This document shows positions 54,352-63,005 of a stretch of 64,000 nt of DNA, one piece after another. The position numbers and the translations under genes were made by a program. The notes under the pieces are model-generated. The model saw only the letters and a list, made by a program, of their open reading frames with translations. It was not told the DNA's origin and searched no databases. The stretch's first letter is position 1. The number at the start of each line of letters is the position of its first letter. The DNA is from Allosphingosinicella sp. (GTDB lineage Bacteria; Pseudomonadota; Alphaproteobacteria; Sphingomonadales; Sphingomonadaceae), in the NCBI GenBank assembly GCA_035502235.1, contig DATJUQ010000027.1, forward strand, positions 5,555-69,554, in the 5' to 3' direction.

Positions 54352-56612
54352 GCCTGCGTCGCGGGTCCGGTGCCGATGGTGATGGGAAGGCTCCGTACCC
54401 GCTGGCCGGTCAGCGAGAAATAGGCGTTGGCGATGGCCGGCGCGGCGGGCGGCACGCCGAGCTCGGTGATCCCGCCCGGCGCCTCGTCGCTGTCGATCAG
54501 CTCGACGCTGACCTCCGGCGCGTCGCGCAGGATCGGCAGGCCGTAGGCGCCGAGCGTGCGGAGCGTCGGCAGGCCGTTCTCGAAATCGAGCGGCCGGCCG
54601 GTCGCGGCGGCGACACCATGGACGATGCCACCCTCGATCTGCTGCTTGACCAGCTCCGGATTGACCACCCGGCCGCAATCCACCGCCGCCACCGCGCGGA
54701 TGACGCGCAGCCGCTGGTCGCCCGACACCTCCACCTCGACGAGGCAGGCGATGTGGGAGCCGAAGGCGCTGTGGCAGGCCAGGCCCATGCCGCTGCCCCG
54801 CGCGCCGCCGTCCCAGCCGCCGATCGCGGCCGCGGTCGACAGGCATTGGGCGAGGCGCGGATTGTTCTGCAGCAGGAAGGTCCGGAAGGCGAGCGGCTCG
54901 AGCCCCGCGGCGATGGCCAGCTCGTCGACGAAACATTCGGTGAAATAGCAGGTGTAGCTGTGCGCCTCGCCGCGCCAGAGGCCGGTCTCGACGCCGAGCT
55001 CCGCCTCGACATGGTCGACCGCGATATTGGGAATTCCGTAGGGCGGCCGCGCCCCGGCGACGGCGGCGAAGGCGGGGCGGGCCATGCCGCCGGCGGCGCC
55101 GATCCGGGCGGCGACCTCCACGGCGGTGGCGGGCGCCGCGATGCGCGCCTGCCAGGCCTCCAGCCGGCCCTGCTTCATCCAGCCGGTCATCCTCGCGCGG
55201 GCGGCGGGGCGGCAGGAGTCGCGCAGGATCTCCTGCGTGCGGGACCAGGTCAGCTGGACGGGCCGGCTCATCTCCTTGGCGAGCCGCGCCGCCTGCTCGA
55301 TCGCCATCACCTCCAGCTTGCGGCCATAGCCGCCGCCGGCGAAGGTCGGGTAGAGCGTGACCCGGTCTTCGGCCATGCCGGCGCCGCGCGCCGCGGCGGC
55401 GCGGGCGAGGCCGGGCGCCTGGGTCGGCGCATAGACCTCCAGCACGTCGCCGAGGATGCGGGCGGTCGCGGTCAGCGGCTCCAGCGCCGCGGCGGGGGCG
55501 AGGCCGACCTCATAGGTCTGCGTGACCGGGCTGGCGCCGGGGAAGGGCCCGGCGACGTCGCCCGCCTCGATCACCCGCGCGCCGCCCGCGCCGTCGATCG
55601 CGGCGACCAGGGCCGCGCTGACGCTCTGCCGGCTGAGCGACCGCAAATGAAAGCGCGGCCGCAGCGTGAAGAGCGCCTTGTTGGCCGCCCACCAATTGGT
55701 GCCGACCGCCGCGACCCAGTCCGGATCCTCGACGATGCGCAGCAGGCCGGAAATCCCGCGCGCGGCAGCGCGGTCGATCCCCGCCAGCCGGCTGCCCCAG
55801 GGGCCGCTCAGCAGCGAGGCATGGACCATGTCGGGAAAGCGCACGTCTGCGGCGAAGAGCGCGCTGCCGTCCAGCTTGGCGGGGGCGTCGAGCCGGGGCA
55901 GGGCCTCGCCGATCAGGCGATTGTCCTCATTGTCGCGCAGCGGTACCGGGTCCGGCGGCGTGTGGCCGACGGCGCTCTCGGCCAGCTCCGCGAAGGGAAT
56001 GCGGTCGTTGCCGCGCCAGACGAAGCCCGCGCGCGCCTCCAGCGCCTCCCAGTCCGCGCCCCAACGCTCGGCCGCGGCCATGCTGAGCATGATCCGCGCC
56101 GCCGCGCCGGCCTCGCGCAGCGGCGTCTCGAAGGCGCGCACCGAGCTGGAGCCGGCGGTCAGCATCAGCGCGCTGCGGGTGGCGTAGCGGCGGGAGAGCC
56201 AGCGCCCCGCGCCCTGCAGGCCGGACGGCCAGCCGCTGTCGTCCGACGCCTGCTCGGCGAGGAGGCTGTTGGCGTAGAGCGGCGAGAGCGGCGCCGGCTC
56301 GACCGCCACGGTGCGCCAGTCCGCGCCCAGCTCGTCGGCGAGGATCTGCGGAAGCGCGGTCCAGCTGCCCTGCCCGAGCTCGGCCTGCGGCACGGCGACG
56401 ACGACCCGCCCGTCGCGGCCGATCTTCAGGAAGGCATTGTAGACCGTCTCGCCCTCGCGCGCGGCGAGATTGGGCTCATAGGAGCGCGGCCAGAACTTCC
56501 AGGCGAGGAGCAGGCCGATGCCGACCCCGCCGCCGATCAGCAATTGCCGGCGGCTGAGGCCCCGCTTGATCCCGTCCCGCGCCATCGGGAGGGTGATAGA
56601 GGGGGAGGCCAT
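54348..56612 (-). CDS. Molybdopterin-binding subunit, xanthine dehydrogenase family (isoquinoline 1-oxidoreductase beta-like)
   Basis: SRRQLL signal; ELGQG, GGGYGRK, GLWRG, VDCG.VVNP..V..QIEGG, GITELGVPP.APAIANA. Start could also be 56585. Confidence 0.88.
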   Translation of the reverse strand: MASPSITLPMARDGIKRGLSRRQLLIGGGVGIGLLLAWKFWPRSYEPNLAAREGETVYNAFLKIGRDGRVVVAVPQAELGQGSWTALPQILADELGADWRTVAVEPAPLSPLYANSLLAEQASDDSGWPSGLQGAGRWLSRRYATRSALMLTAGSSSVRAFETPLREAGAAARIMLSMAAAERWGADWEALEARAGFVWRGNDRIPFAELAESAVGHTPPDPVPLRDNEDNRLIGEALPRLDAPAKLDGSALFAADVRFPDMVHASLLSGPWGSRLAGIDRAAARGISGLLRIVEDPDWVAAVGTNWWAANKALFTLRPRFHLRSLSRQSVSAALVAAIDGAGGARVIEAGDVAGPFPGASPVTQTYEVGLAPAAALEPLTATARILGDVLEVYAPTQAPGLARAAAARGAGMAEDRVTLYPTFAGGGYGRKLEVMAIEQAARLAKEMSRPVQLTWSRTQEILRDSCRPAARARMTGWMKQGRLEAWQARIAAPATAVEVAARIGAAGGMARPAFAAVAGARPPYGIPNIAVDHVEAELGVETGLWRGEAHSYTCYFTECFVDELAIAAGLEPLAFRTFLLQNNPRLAQCLSTAAAIGGWDGGARGSGMGLACHSAFGSHIACLVEVEVSGDQRLRVIRAVAAVDCGRVVNPELVKQQIEGGIVHGVAAATGRPLDFENGLPTLRTLGAYGLPILRDAPEVSVELIDSDEAPGGITELGVPPAAPAIANAYFSLTGQRVRSLPITIGTGPATQA

Positions 56613-56615
56613 CTG

Positions 56616-56730
56616 CGTCACCCTGAACTTGGTTCAGGGTCCAGAGGAATGCAGCGCTTCTGTGTTGGTGGTCGAGCCTCGAGCGGTCGTGCGGCGCGAC
56701 CTTGGACCCTGAAACAAGTTCAGGGTGACG
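56616..56730. repeat. REPIN-like doublet, family A
   Basis: cgtcaccctgaacttggttcagggtcc ... ggaccctgaaacaagttcagggtgacg. Confidence 0.9.
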
Positions 56731-56786
56731 GCCTGCTCCTCGCCCCGACACTTGATTCCTCGCGCCATCTTCGGCACGGACGCCCC

Positions 56787-57065
56787 ATGGCTGCCAGGAT
56801 CTACCAGCGCGCGAAGAACGCCATGCAATCGGGCCGGGCCCGGGCGGGCGAGTGGATTCTCGAATTCGAATCCGCCCGCGCCCGGCGCCCCGATCCGCTG
56901 ACCGGCTGGGCCGGCGGCGCGGAGACGCAGGAGCAGGTGAAGCTCACCTTCCCCACGCTGGAGGCGGCCCAGGCCTATGCGGCGAAGAACAATATCGACG
57001 CGCACGTCGTCCCGCCCGAAACGGCGACCCTCAAGCTCCAGGCCTACGCCGACAATTTCCGCTAG
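56787..57065 (+). CDS. ETC complex I subunit homologue (NDUFS4/18-kDa-like)
   Basis: ARIYQRAKNAMQSGRA...W.LEFE...PDPLTGW...T.EQV.L.F...E.A..YA...AYADNF. Confidence 0.88.
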   Translation: MAARIYQRAKNAMQSGRARAGEWILEFESARARRPDPLTGWAGGAETQEQVKLTFPTLEAAQAYAAKNNIDAHVVPPETATLKLQAYADNFR

Positions 57066-57175
57066 GCGCGAGCGAACGCTCAACGTCGTCGCGCTTCATC
57101 CAGGGCTCCGGCCTTCGCCGGAGCGCAGCGGAGTGTCACATTCGTACTCCGGCAAAGGCCGGAGCGTTGGCCGAG

Positions 57176-57706
57176 CTAGCCCAGCAAATCCCCCGCCAGC
57201 AACAGCAGCAACCTGACGTCGATCGCGCAGCCCTCGGCGCGCTTCGCCGCGACGAATTCGGCGATCCCGTCCAGCTTCACCCGGTGGACCAGGATGTCCT
57301 CGCCCTCCACGCCGCCGCCCTCGCTCACCTTCTCCAGCCCCTCGGCGCGGAGCAGGGTGAAGCCTTCGGTGACCATGCCGGGCGAGCTGTAATAAAAGCC
57401 GAGGTCGGTCATCCGCGCGGGGCGGTAGCCGGTCTCTTCCTCCAGCTCGCGGGCGGCCGCGCTCTCCGCTGCCTCGCTTTCGGTCTCGTCGCCGATCAGG
57501 CCGGCGGGCAGTTCGAGGCAGCGCCGGCCCAGCGGCACCCGATATTGCTCGACGAGCAGGACGTGGCCGTCGTCCACGGCGAGGATCACCGCGGCGCTGA
57601 TGTTGCGGGCGCGGGAGACATATTCCCAGCGGCCGCGTGTCTTCGCGACGACGAAGCGGCCTTCCCAGACCACCTCCTCCGGCGCGTCGTGATCGGGCGC
57701 GCTCAC
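57176..57706 (-). CDS. NUDIX hydrolase (ADP-sugar pyrophosphatase-like)
   Basis: EQYRVP...ELPAGLIG...AARELEEETGY Nudix box. Confidence 0.92.
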   Translation of the reverse strand: MSAPDHDAPEEVVWEGRFVVAKTRGRWEYVSRARNISAAVILAVDDGHVLLVEQYRVPLGRRCLELPAGLIGDETESEAAESAAARELEEETGYRPARMTDLGFYYSSPGMVTEGFTLLRAEGLEKVSEGGGVEGEDILVHRVKLDGIAEFVAAKRAEGCAIDVRLLLLLAGDLLG

Positions 57707-58374
57707 AGCAGGATCACCCGGTCGGGCAGCTCGTCGGGATTGTCGTGGCTGGCCGGCAGGATGCGGTGCAGGACCGCGCCGACCTGCTCCACCGCGCGGG
57801 TCAGGCCCTCGCCCGGCCGGCCTTCCTTCATGGCGCCGACCAGGGCCGCCATCGCCTCGCCCCAGACGTCCGGCTCGACCTGCTCGGCGATCGCGCGGTC
57901 GGCGACGATCTCGGCGCGATGCTCCTCCAGCGAGAGGTAGATGAGCACGCCGGTGCGCCCGCGCGTCTTCAGCTCGCAGGTCGCGCGGAACAGTTCCACC
58001 GCGCGGCGATGGACGCGCCGGCTCTTGGTCTTGCCCGGCACCAGCGCGAGGCGCAGCGGCCGCCAGGTCAGCAGCAGCCGGACGAACAGGAAGGCCGCGG
58101 CCATCTTGGCGAACAGATAGAGCATGATCAGCCCGCGCGAGGGCGCGGCGTTCCAGCCGAGGACCAGGCCCATGGCCCAGTCCACCCAGCCCTGCGGCAC
58201 CACCGCCCACCAGACCGGCACGAACAGCATGAGCAGGATCGCATAATGGAGCGCCGCGTCATGATAGGCGTCGGAGCGCCGGGCCACGATCGTCACGATC
58301 TCGCCGTCGCTCTCCCGCTCGGCCTTGGCCACCGCCGCGCTGACCCGCTGGAAATCCTCGTCGCCGAACCGCAT
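57703..58374 (-). CDS. TPM domain protein
   Basis: V.AAV..AE..SDGEIV...T.GRTGVLIY.SL.E.RAEIVAD. Confidence 0.85.
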   Translation of the reverse strand: MRFGDEDFQRVSAAVAKAERESDGEIVTIVARRSDAYHDAALHYAILLMLFVPVWWAVVPQGWVDWAMGLVLGWNAAPSRGLIMLYLFAKMAAAFLFVRLLLTWRPLRLALVPGKTKSRRVHRRAVELFRATCELKTRGRTGVLIYLSLEEHRAEIVADRAIAEQVEPDVWGEAMAALVGAMKEGRPGEGLTRAVEQVGAVLHRILPASHDNPDELPDRVILL

Positions 58375-59336
58375 CACCACCCCCCCGAGGCGCCGCCGCC
58401 GCCGCCCGAGCCGCCGCCGCCGGAAAAGCCGCCGCCACCGCCGCCGCCCCAGGAGGAGCCGCCGCCTTTGCCGCCGCCGCCCCAGGACGAGCCGCCGCCC
58501 CAGGAGCCGCCGCCTCCCCAGCCGCCCCAGCCGTCGTCCCAATCGTCCCAGCCGCGCTTGCGGCGGCCGTGGCGGGCGCCGGGGCCCCAGATCACGACCG
58601 GGCCGCCCCAGGGGCCCTTGCGGCCGCGATAGCGCTGGCCGCGCAGCCCGCTGCCGACCAGGCCGAAGACGATGAACAGGGTGACGCCGATCCAGAAGAT
58701 GAGGGCGAAGGGGGCGCCGCCGTCGCCGCCGCCATCGCCTTCGCCGCTGCTTTGGCGCTCGTCCTGGCGCCGGTTCTCCGCCTGCTGGGCCTGGACCGCG
58801 GCCTGCTCCACCGCTTCGGGCGGGGCCTGCAGTTGGGCGATCAGCGCCTCCGTGCCGGCCCGGATCCCGCCGGGATAATCGTCGGCGCGGAAGCGCGGCT
58901 GCATCTGCTCGCGGATGATCCGGCCGGCGAGCGCGTCGGTGACGATCCCCTCCATCTGATAGCCGGTCTCGATCCTGATCTTCCGCTCCGCCCGGGCGAC
59001 GAGCAGCAGCACGCCATTGTCGGCGCCGCGCTGGCCGAGCCGCCAGTGGCGCAGCAGCCCGTTCGCATATTCCTCGAGCGGCGTGCCGCCCAGGTCCGGC
59101 ACGGTGGCGACGACGAGCTGGCGCGAGCTGGCGCGCTGCAGCGCCTCCAACCGCGCGCCCAGCGCCGCCTCGTCCGCGGGCGGGAGCATGTCGGCATTGT
59201 CCACCACCCGGCCGGTCAGCGCCGGATAGGCCGGGCCGCCCGTCGTCGCCTCGCTACCGCCGCAGGCCGCGAGCAGGAGCAGCAGGCAGAGCGCCAGGAA
59301 GGAGAGCGCCGCGCGCGGCGCCCGCGCCGCGATCAT
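58374..59336 (-). CDS. TPM domain (YgcG-like) protein with Gly-rich tail
   Basis: RVVDNADML...QLVVATVP...W.LGQ...DNGVLLLVA..ERKIRIE.GY.MEG; GFSGGGGSGGGGGASGGW. Confidence 0.9.
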   Translation of the reverse strand: MIAARAPRAALSFLALCLLLLLAACGGSEATTGGPAYPALTGRVVDNADMLPPADEAALGARLEALQRASSRQLVVATVPDLGGTPLEEYANGLLRHWRLGQRGADNGVLLLVARAERKIRIETGYQMEGIVTDALAGRIIREQMQPRFRADDYPGGIRAGTEALIAQLQAPPEAVEQAAVQAQQAENRRQDERQSSGEGDGGGDGGAPFALIFWIGVTLFIVFGLVGSGLRGQRYRGRKGPWGGPVVIWGPGARHGRRKRGWDDWDDGWGGWGGGGSWGGGSSWGGGGKGGGSSWGGGGGGGFSGGGGSGGGGGASGGW

Positions 59337-59938
59337 CGGCTGTAATTACCGAAATCCATGTTCGGCGCCCGTTCCGCGCCCTCGCTCGCCTCGAAGGGCT
59401 GGATCGGCTGCGACCCGTAGATGACGCGCGCGCCGATGATCGAAGGGAAGGTGCGGATGCGGGTATTATAGGCCTGCACCGCCTGGTTATAGTCGCGCCG
59501 GGCGACCGCGACCCGGTTCTCCGCGCCCTCGATCTGGCTGAGCACGGTCTGCACGAGATCGGTGTTGCGCTGACTCGGCGTCGCCTCGTTGGTGACGGTG
59601 ACGCGCACGCCGCTGACCAGCGAGGAAAGCTGCCCCTGCGCCTCGGCGAACTGCCGCATCGCATTGGCGTCGCGCAGCTGGTCCGGGCCGATCTGGGTCT
59701 GGGCGGTGCGCGCCCGCGCCTCGGCGACGCCGATCTGCAGGGCGAGCTCCTGCTGGCCGTTGGCGCGGACCGCGCTTGCCAGGTTGGGCAGCAGGTCCAG
59801 CCGGCGCTGATACTGGTTCTCGACCTCGGCCCATTTCGCCTTGGCCTCCTCCTCCGCGCGCGGGATGGAGTTGATGCCGCAGGCGGACAGGAAGATCGTG
59901 AACACGGCCAGGACGGCGAGAACGCCAGTGCGCTTCAT
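59333..59938 (-). CDS. lemA: LemA family protein
   Basis: WAEVENQYQRR.DL.PNL...Q.EG.ENR..VARRDYN..V..YN...R.FP. Confidence 0.9.
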   Translation of the reverse strand: MKRTGVLAVLAVFTIFLSACGINSIPRAEEEAKAKWAEVENQYQRRLDLLPNLASAVRANGQQELALQIGVAEARARTAQTQIGPDQLRDANAMRQFAEAQGQLSSLVSGVRVTVTNEATPSQRNTDLVQTVLSQIEGAENRVAVARRDYNQAVQAYNTRIRTFPSIIGARVIYGSQPIQPFEASEGAERAPNMDFGNYSR

Positions 59939-60013
59939 GGTGCACCCCTCCCTTCAAATCGGGCGTGAACGGACGTAAGCATTCCAAATCGCGTCCGCAA
60001 CGGGGAGGATGTC

Positions 60014-60445
60014 ATGTTGAGAGAGTTCCGGGATTTCATCGCGCGGGGCAATGTCCTCGACCTCGCCGTGGCCGTGATCATCGGCGCCGCCTTCGCGACC
60101 ATCACCACCTCGCTGACCGAGGACATCATCATGCCGGGCATCGCCGCGATCTTCGGCGGGCTCGATTTCTCCTCCCACTTCGTGATCCTCGGCGAGATCC
60201 CCGCCGATTATCGCGGCTCGCTCACCGATTATGCGGCGCTCAAGGCCGGCGGCGTCGCCGTGCTCGGCTGGGGCCAGTTCCTGACGGTGGTGATCAACTT
60301 CATCATCCTCGCCTTCATCATCTTCCTGATCGTGCGCTCGGCGAACAGGCTGAAGCGCAAGCAGGAGGAGGCCGCCCCCGCGCCGGATCCGGCCGAGATC
60401 GTGCTGCTGCGCGAGATCCGCGACGAGCTGAAGAAGAAGGGCTGA
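60014..60445 (+). CDS. mscL: Large-conductance mechanosensitive channel
   Basis: EFRDFIARGNVLDLAVAVIIGAAF...INFIILAF.IF...LLREIRDEL. Confidence 0.96.
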   Translation: MLREFRDFIARGNVLDLAVAVIIGAAFATITTSLTEDIIMPGIAAIFGGLDFSSHFVILGEIPADYRGSLTDYAALKAGGVAVLGWGQFLTVVINFIILAFIIFLIVRSANRLKRKQEEAAPAPDPAEIVLLREIRDELKKKG

Positions 60446-60450
60446 CGCTC

Positions 60451-60933
60451 ATGCTCGTCCTCCTCGCGGCGGCGGCGGCCCTGGCGCCGGGGCCGCTGCC
60501 GGAGGACAGCCACTGGGCCCGGTTCAGCCGGATGCCGGCGCTCGGCCGGCCGGGGATCATCGTGCGCGTCGGCATCGTCGCGGACCGCGGGGACGACAGT
60601 CGCGACTATTGGTTCGAGCGGCGGCTGGTGATCCGGAGCCGGCGCCAGCCACCGGCCTGGGCCGACACGCGCCGCTGCCCCGGCGCGCGGACGCAGCTGG
60701 CGCGGCTGACGCGATTGCAGCCGCATTACGTCCCGCTCGGCGGCGAGGATGTGATGGACATCGTCGCCGACGGCAGCGTCTACAGCCTGGAAGCGCCGGT
60801 CGACGGCGGCAACGGCAATATGCGGATCGAAACCAGCTCGCGCGGGCCGATCAGGGCCTGGGTGGATGCGATGCTGGCCGCGCTCGAGCCCTGCTGGACC
60901 GCGGCGCGGCCCGTGCCGGCGCGGGTGCGCTGA
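60451..60933 (+). CDS. Hypothetical exported protein
   Basis: Short signal peptide; C...C pair; ADGSVYSL motif. Confidence 0.55.
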   Translation: MLVLLAAAAALAPGPLPEDSHWARFSRMPALGRPGIIVRVGIVADRGDDSRDYWFERRLVIRSRRQPPAWADTRRCPGARTQLARLTRLQPHYVPLGGEDVMDIVADGSVYSLEAPVDGGNGNMRIETSSRGPIRAWVDAMLAALEPCWTAARPVPARVR

Positions 60934-60943
60934 ACGCCGTCAC

Positions 60944-60971
60944 TTCACATTAAGTCCCTGATCCCTATATA
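60944..60971 (+). promoter_or_regulatory. Probable sigma70 promoter of ssrA
   Basis: TTCACA-N16-TATATA just before the acceptor piece. Confidence 0.45.
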
Positions 60972-61345
60972 GGGCCTGCCGGTTTCGGCCGGCTATGGCG
61001 ATAAATCGTGTCGTGCAATAGACACAGCGGACCCGGGGGCAGTACCCGGCGGCTCCACCACTTGACCCGGTCGGTCAGCCCGCATGAAGCGTGCCGACCG
61101 AGCGGCTCAGCTAGAGGGGCCGAACCAGGATCGACGTGTGTTGAAAAGCGGCGCCTTCGCCCGGAATGGGACCACCGCGACGGCCCATCACACAAGTGCC
61201 AACGACAACGAGGCGCTCGCGATTGCCGCGTAACGAGGTCCTCACGGACTAAGTTATATTGGACAAAAGCGCGGTTCGGGCCGCACCGGGCAACAGAAGC
61301 GGATTCCAGCGGTACGGGGAGCACCGGGCAACAGAAGCTCCCCAC
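60972..61345 (+). ncRNA. ssrA: Two-piece (circularly permuted) tmRNA; tag ANDNEALAIAA
   Basis: Acceptor piece ends ...GGCGGCTCCACCA at 61060; coding piece starts GGGGCCGAA at 61116; tag ORF 61198-61233. Outer ends are approximate. Confidence 0.93.
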
Positions 61346-61432
61346 TTCTCTTCTGCATCTGGGCCAGGGTTCCGCGCCGGCGCGCGCGGGCCGGACGTTG
61401 CCGCCCGGTGGGCACGGGTGTAACGCCGGGCC

Positions 61433-61714
61433 ATGACCCGCGCCCTGCTCCTCGCCTTGCTCGCCGTCCCCGCGCTCGCCGCCTGCGGCCAGGCCGAGGA
61501 GGAATCCACCGCCAACAAGGCCGCCCGCCTCGAGCGGGAGATTGGCGAGCGCGCCGCCGCCTTCAACAGCCAGGTCGAGAACGAGCTCGCCCAGACCGAG
61601 CAAAGGCTCGAGCGCGAGGCCGGCGAGGCGCTGAACAGCCTGAACGCGGTCGCGGGCAATGCCGCGGCCGAGGAGGCCCCGGCGGCGGCGGGCGCGGCGA
61701 ACAAGCAGCGCTAG
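61433..61714 (+). CDS. Small helical lipoprotein
   Basis: Lipobox LAAC; coiled-coil Ala/Glu-rich body. Confidence 0.7.
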   Translation: MTRALLLALLAVPALAACGQAEEESTANKAARLEREIGERAAAFNSQVENELAQTEQRLEREAGEALNSLNAVAGNAAAEEAPAAAGAANKQR

Positions 61715-61759
61715 AGGTCGTAGTCAATTGACCAAGGCTTATTTGCGTGTGCTTTCATA

Positions 61760-61876
61760 GTCATCCCGGCGAAGGCCGGGACCCATGAACATTATCGGCC
61801 GAAAAAAGGGCGACCAGCACAACCGACTTTCCTTCAGTTTTCCGTGTGCATGGGTCCCGGCCTTCGCCGGGATGAC
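61760..61876. repeat. REPIN-like doublet, family B
   Basis: Same arms as 18651-18765 and 19435-19549. Confidence 0.9.
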
Positions 61877-61937
61877 TCCTTTTGACCGAGCCGCCCCAAG
61901 TTGACCGATCCACCCTAAGTCTCATCGAGTACGGATC

Positions 61938-62366
61938 CTAAAGGTCGTCCTCGGACAGGTCCCAGAACCAGATTTCGCCGCGTTCGAACCAGTCGAGCTG
62001 GCCACCCTTCAGCGCCATGCCGTTCCAGATGTCGATATGGTCGCCGCCGGACGGCCAGCCGTCCTTGATGAAGACGATGCCGGGCCGACCCGCATAATCG
62101 GCGCTGGTGGCGTGCTGTTTTTTGTCGACGGGGCCGACCAGAGCCGCCTGCGCCTCCAGCCATTCGGCCAGCTCCTGCGCGCGCAGGACATGGCGCGGCT
62201 GGTGGCCGAACCAGCAGGTCGCGCCGTCGAAGCCGGAAAGGTCGACGCCGGCGCCGCGCAGGGCCACGCCCATCCGGATCGCGCACTGATTCGCGAAGCT
62301 CTCGTCGCACGGCCGCACGGGCGCGGGATGATGCGCCCAGACCTGTCGCCAGTCGAGACTTGCCAT
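61938..62366 (-). CDS. Tae4-like (T6SS amidase effector family, NlpC/P60-related) peptidoglycan amidase
   Basis: ANQCAIRMGVAL (catalytic Cys), GIVFIKDGW, GDHIDIWNG (His), IWFW.L; RBS GAGGGGGAAG. Confidence 0.75.
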   Translation of the reverse strand: MASLDWRQVWAHHPAPVRPCDESFANQCAIRMGVALRGAGVDLSGFDGATCWFGHQPRHVLRAQELAEWLEAQAALVGPVDKKQHATSADYAGRPGIVFIKDGWPSGGDHIDIWNGMALKGGQLDWFERGEIWFWDLSEDDL

Positions 62367-62492
62367 CGTCTTCCCCCTCTTGGTCATGCGCCGTCCCCGC
62401 CGGACTCGGCATGGGCATTTATAGTATTCGAGTTCGACAGGGCCGCCTACGGATACTTGCGGGCAATGGCGGCCGCCGCGGTCCGTTCGCTT

Positions 62493-62526
62493 TGTCCGCC
62501 AGCGGACAGAGCGGGCAGTTTGTCCG
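62493..62526. promoter_or_regulatory. Candidate enhancer TGTCCG-N4-CGGACA (same as at 24733) plus half-site
   Basis: tgtccg-ccag-cggaca at 62493-62508; tgtccg at 62521. Confidence 0.6.
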
Positions 62527-62625
62527 GCGGTTTTTCCCAACATTTGGTCCATGCCGCCGCCTGCCCCGGGCCTGCTTCCCTCCTTATTTTCGGGATAGCA
62601 CTGAAAAGTAACGGAATTCCGATTC

Positions 62626-62641
62626 TGGCACGGCCCGTGCT
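62626..62641 (+). promoter_or_regulatory. Sigma54 -24/-12 promoter
   Basis: TGGCACGGCCCGTGCT, GG-N10-GC. Confidence 0.7.
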
Positions 62642-62695
62642 CACGAACCGGCATCAGGCGGGCCCGGTTGGTCCGCTTTGCCAAGGAGTGAGACG

Positions 62696-62983
62696 ATGCA
62701 CGCCAACGAATCCCTGATCGCCCGCGACGACACCTTCCTCGGCGTCTGCCAGGCCATTGGCGAGGATTTCGGCTTCAACCCGACCTGGCTGCGGCTCGCC
62801 TTCGCCGTGCCGGTGCTGTTCGCCCCGGTGGCCGCGCTCGCCGCCTATCTCGCGCTCGGCGTGATCGTCCTTCTCTCCCGCCTGCTCGCCCCGCGCCCGC
62901 GCCGCGCGGCCAAGGCGGCGCCGGCGGACCTGGCGCCGGCCGCGGACGGGCTGGACCAATATGCTTTGCCCATGGCCGCCTGA
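62696..62983 (+). CDS. PspC domain protein
   Basis: FLGVCQAIGEDFGFNPTWLRL...AYL motif; RBS AAGGAG. Confidence 0.88.
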   Translation: MHANESLIARDDTFLGVCQAIGEDFGFNPTWLRLAFAVPVLFAPVAALAAYLALGVIVLLSRLLAPRPRRAAKAAPADLAPAADGLDQYALPMAA

Positions 62984-63005
62984 ACGCCCTGGCCCGGCGG
63001 CACCG

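Noticed and set aside
56787-57065. Mitochondrial-type complex I accessory subunit in a bacterium
   Set aside because: NDUFS4-like homologues are well known across alphaproteobacteria.
57176-59938. Gly-rich GGC repeats and the lemA-TPM-TPM operon as a new system
   Set aside because: This is a widespread conserved operon, and the Gly tail is a normal coding feature.
60972-61345. Permuted two-piece tmRNA and its internal 18-bp repeat (GCACCGGGCAACAGAAGC at 61283 and 61321) as a novelty
   Set aside because: The permuted tmRNA is the normal alphaproteobacterial form, and the repeat is most simply part of its 3' hairpins.
60972-62600. Prophage or island integrated at ssrA
   Set aside because: No integrase or att duplication of the ...CTCCACCA end was found. 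At most a relic, reported only through the Tae4-like gene.
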